From assembly GCA_963664405.1 (NCBI GenBank), contig OY761158.1, positions 3,424,001-3,488,000 of the forward strand: a DNA stretch of 64,000 nt. Direction: 5' to 3'. The stretch is from Thermoanaerobaculia bacterium (GTDB lineage Bacteria; Acidobacteriota; Thermoanaerobaculia; Multivoradales; Multivoraceae). The notes under the pieces are model-generated. The model saw nothing but the letters and a program-made list of their open reading frames with translations, had not been told where the DNA came from and ran no database searches. The translations under genes were made by a program, and so were the position numbers. This document shows positions 63,134-64,000 of this stretch, one piece after another (the stretch's first letter is position 1; each line of letters starts with the position of its first letter).

Positions 63134-63937
63134 ATGATCGATCTCTCCTCACTAGCCCTCCCGGGATCGTTCGAGGAGCAGCAACTGCGAGAGCTGGATC
63201 TCCAGCGCTTGCCCAAGCACGTTGCTGTGATCATGGACGGCAACGGGCGTTGGGCACAGGGGCGCGCGAAGCCACGGGTCGAGGGACATCGGGCCGGAGT
63301 AAGGGCAGTGCGAGAGACGGTCGAGACGGCGGCTCGGCTGGAGCTGGAAGTCTTGACCCTGTACGCCTTCTCGGCCGAAAACTGGAAGCGCCCTCGTTTC
63401 GAGGTTTGGACCTTGATGAATCTTCTCAAGGAGTACCTGCGGCGGGAGCGCGACGATCTGGCGGCCCACGATATCCGTCTCAAGATCCTGGGAAGGGTGG
63501 AGGAATTGGACGACTCCGTTCGCCGCGAGATAGACCGCGCTCTCGAGGCGACCGCCCACTGTCAGGGCATGACGCTCAATCTGGCCCTCAACTACTCCGG
63601 ACGAAGCGAGATCGTCGATGCCTGTCGTCGAGTCGTCGCCGACTGGGCGGCTGGTGAGAGTGTCGTGATCGACGAGCCCACACTCAGCCAATATCTCTAC
63701 ACCTCGGGCCAACCCGATCCTGATCTCGTAATCCGCACCTCCGGCGAACTGCGACTGTCCAACTTCTTGTTGTGGCAGATCGCTTACTCGGAGATCCACG
63801 TCACAGATACGCTCTGGCCGGACTTCCAGCCGCGCGATTTTTTCGCTGCGATTCTCGGTTTCCAGCAGCGTGAGCGGCGTTTCGGGGCTGTGTCCGAGCC
63901 CGCGAAAGGCCGGAGCCGGGCGAGACAGAGCGGGTAG
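63134..63937 (+). CDS. uppS: Undecaprenyl diphosphate synthase (isoprenyl transferase)
   Basis: HVAVIMDGNGRWA, YAFSAENWKR, RTSGELRLSNFLLWQ, RERRFG. Confidence 0.97.
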   Translation: MIDLSSLALPGSFEEQQLRELDLQRLPKHVAVIMDGNGRWAQGRAKPRVEGHRAGVRAVRETVETAARLELEVLTLYAFSAENWKRPRFEVWTLMNLLKEYLRRERDDLAAHDIRLKILGRVEELDDSVRREIDRALEATAHCQGMTLNLALNYSGRSEIVDACRRVVADWAAGESVVIDEPTLSQYLYTSGQPDPDLVIRTSGELRLSNFLLWQIAYSEIHVTDTLWPDFQPRDFFAAILGFQQRERRFGAVSEPAKGRSRARQSG

Positions 63938-63957
63938 GGGGCGGCTCGCCGCCCTCG

Positions 63958-64000
63958 ATGATGAAGCGTCTGCTTACGGGTTCGGTTGCGGCCCTGGCGG
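63958..64000 (+). CDS. cdsA: Probable phosphatidate cytidylyltransferase, 5' end only
   Basis: MMKRLLTG start directly after uppS; conserved uppS-cdsA synteny; only 14 codons visible. Confidence 0.5.
   Translation, partial: MMKRLLTGSVAALA

Overview
GC-rich bacterial chromosomal window made mostly of housekeeping genes. Gene content and order suggest Acidobacteriota (inference). In order: gyrB(3')-gyrA-fsa block, lysR-gltB-gltD, thrABC, ruvAB, ppiD, mreBCD-mrdA-rodA-rng, a kinase/glycoside-hydrolase-like fusion near wzm/wzt, fadD-yggT-yggS, tRNA-Ile2, rpsU-dnaG-rpoD, pcrA, glycosyltransferases, and truA-uppS-cdsA(5'). Four non-routine elements stand out. (1) A complete 3.3-kb IS21-family element (41727-45052; TG..CA ends, 5-bp GGTAG target duplication) splits oligoendopeptidase F. 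Besides istA/istB it carries a Cys-rich upstream ORF, a translationally coupled helical downstream ORF and a hairpin-rich leader. (2) A 7 x 59-bp GTAG/REP-like double-hairpin tandem array (45971-46376) varies only in one hairpin loop. (3) Two kinds of CTAG-bounded miniature elements occur: one at 8069-8233, and a 91-bp pair at 24491-24581 and 58556-58646. (4) An LPS-kinase/GH-A-like fusion lies near a Wzm/Wzt exporter. All product calls come from motif recognition by eye; no database search was run.
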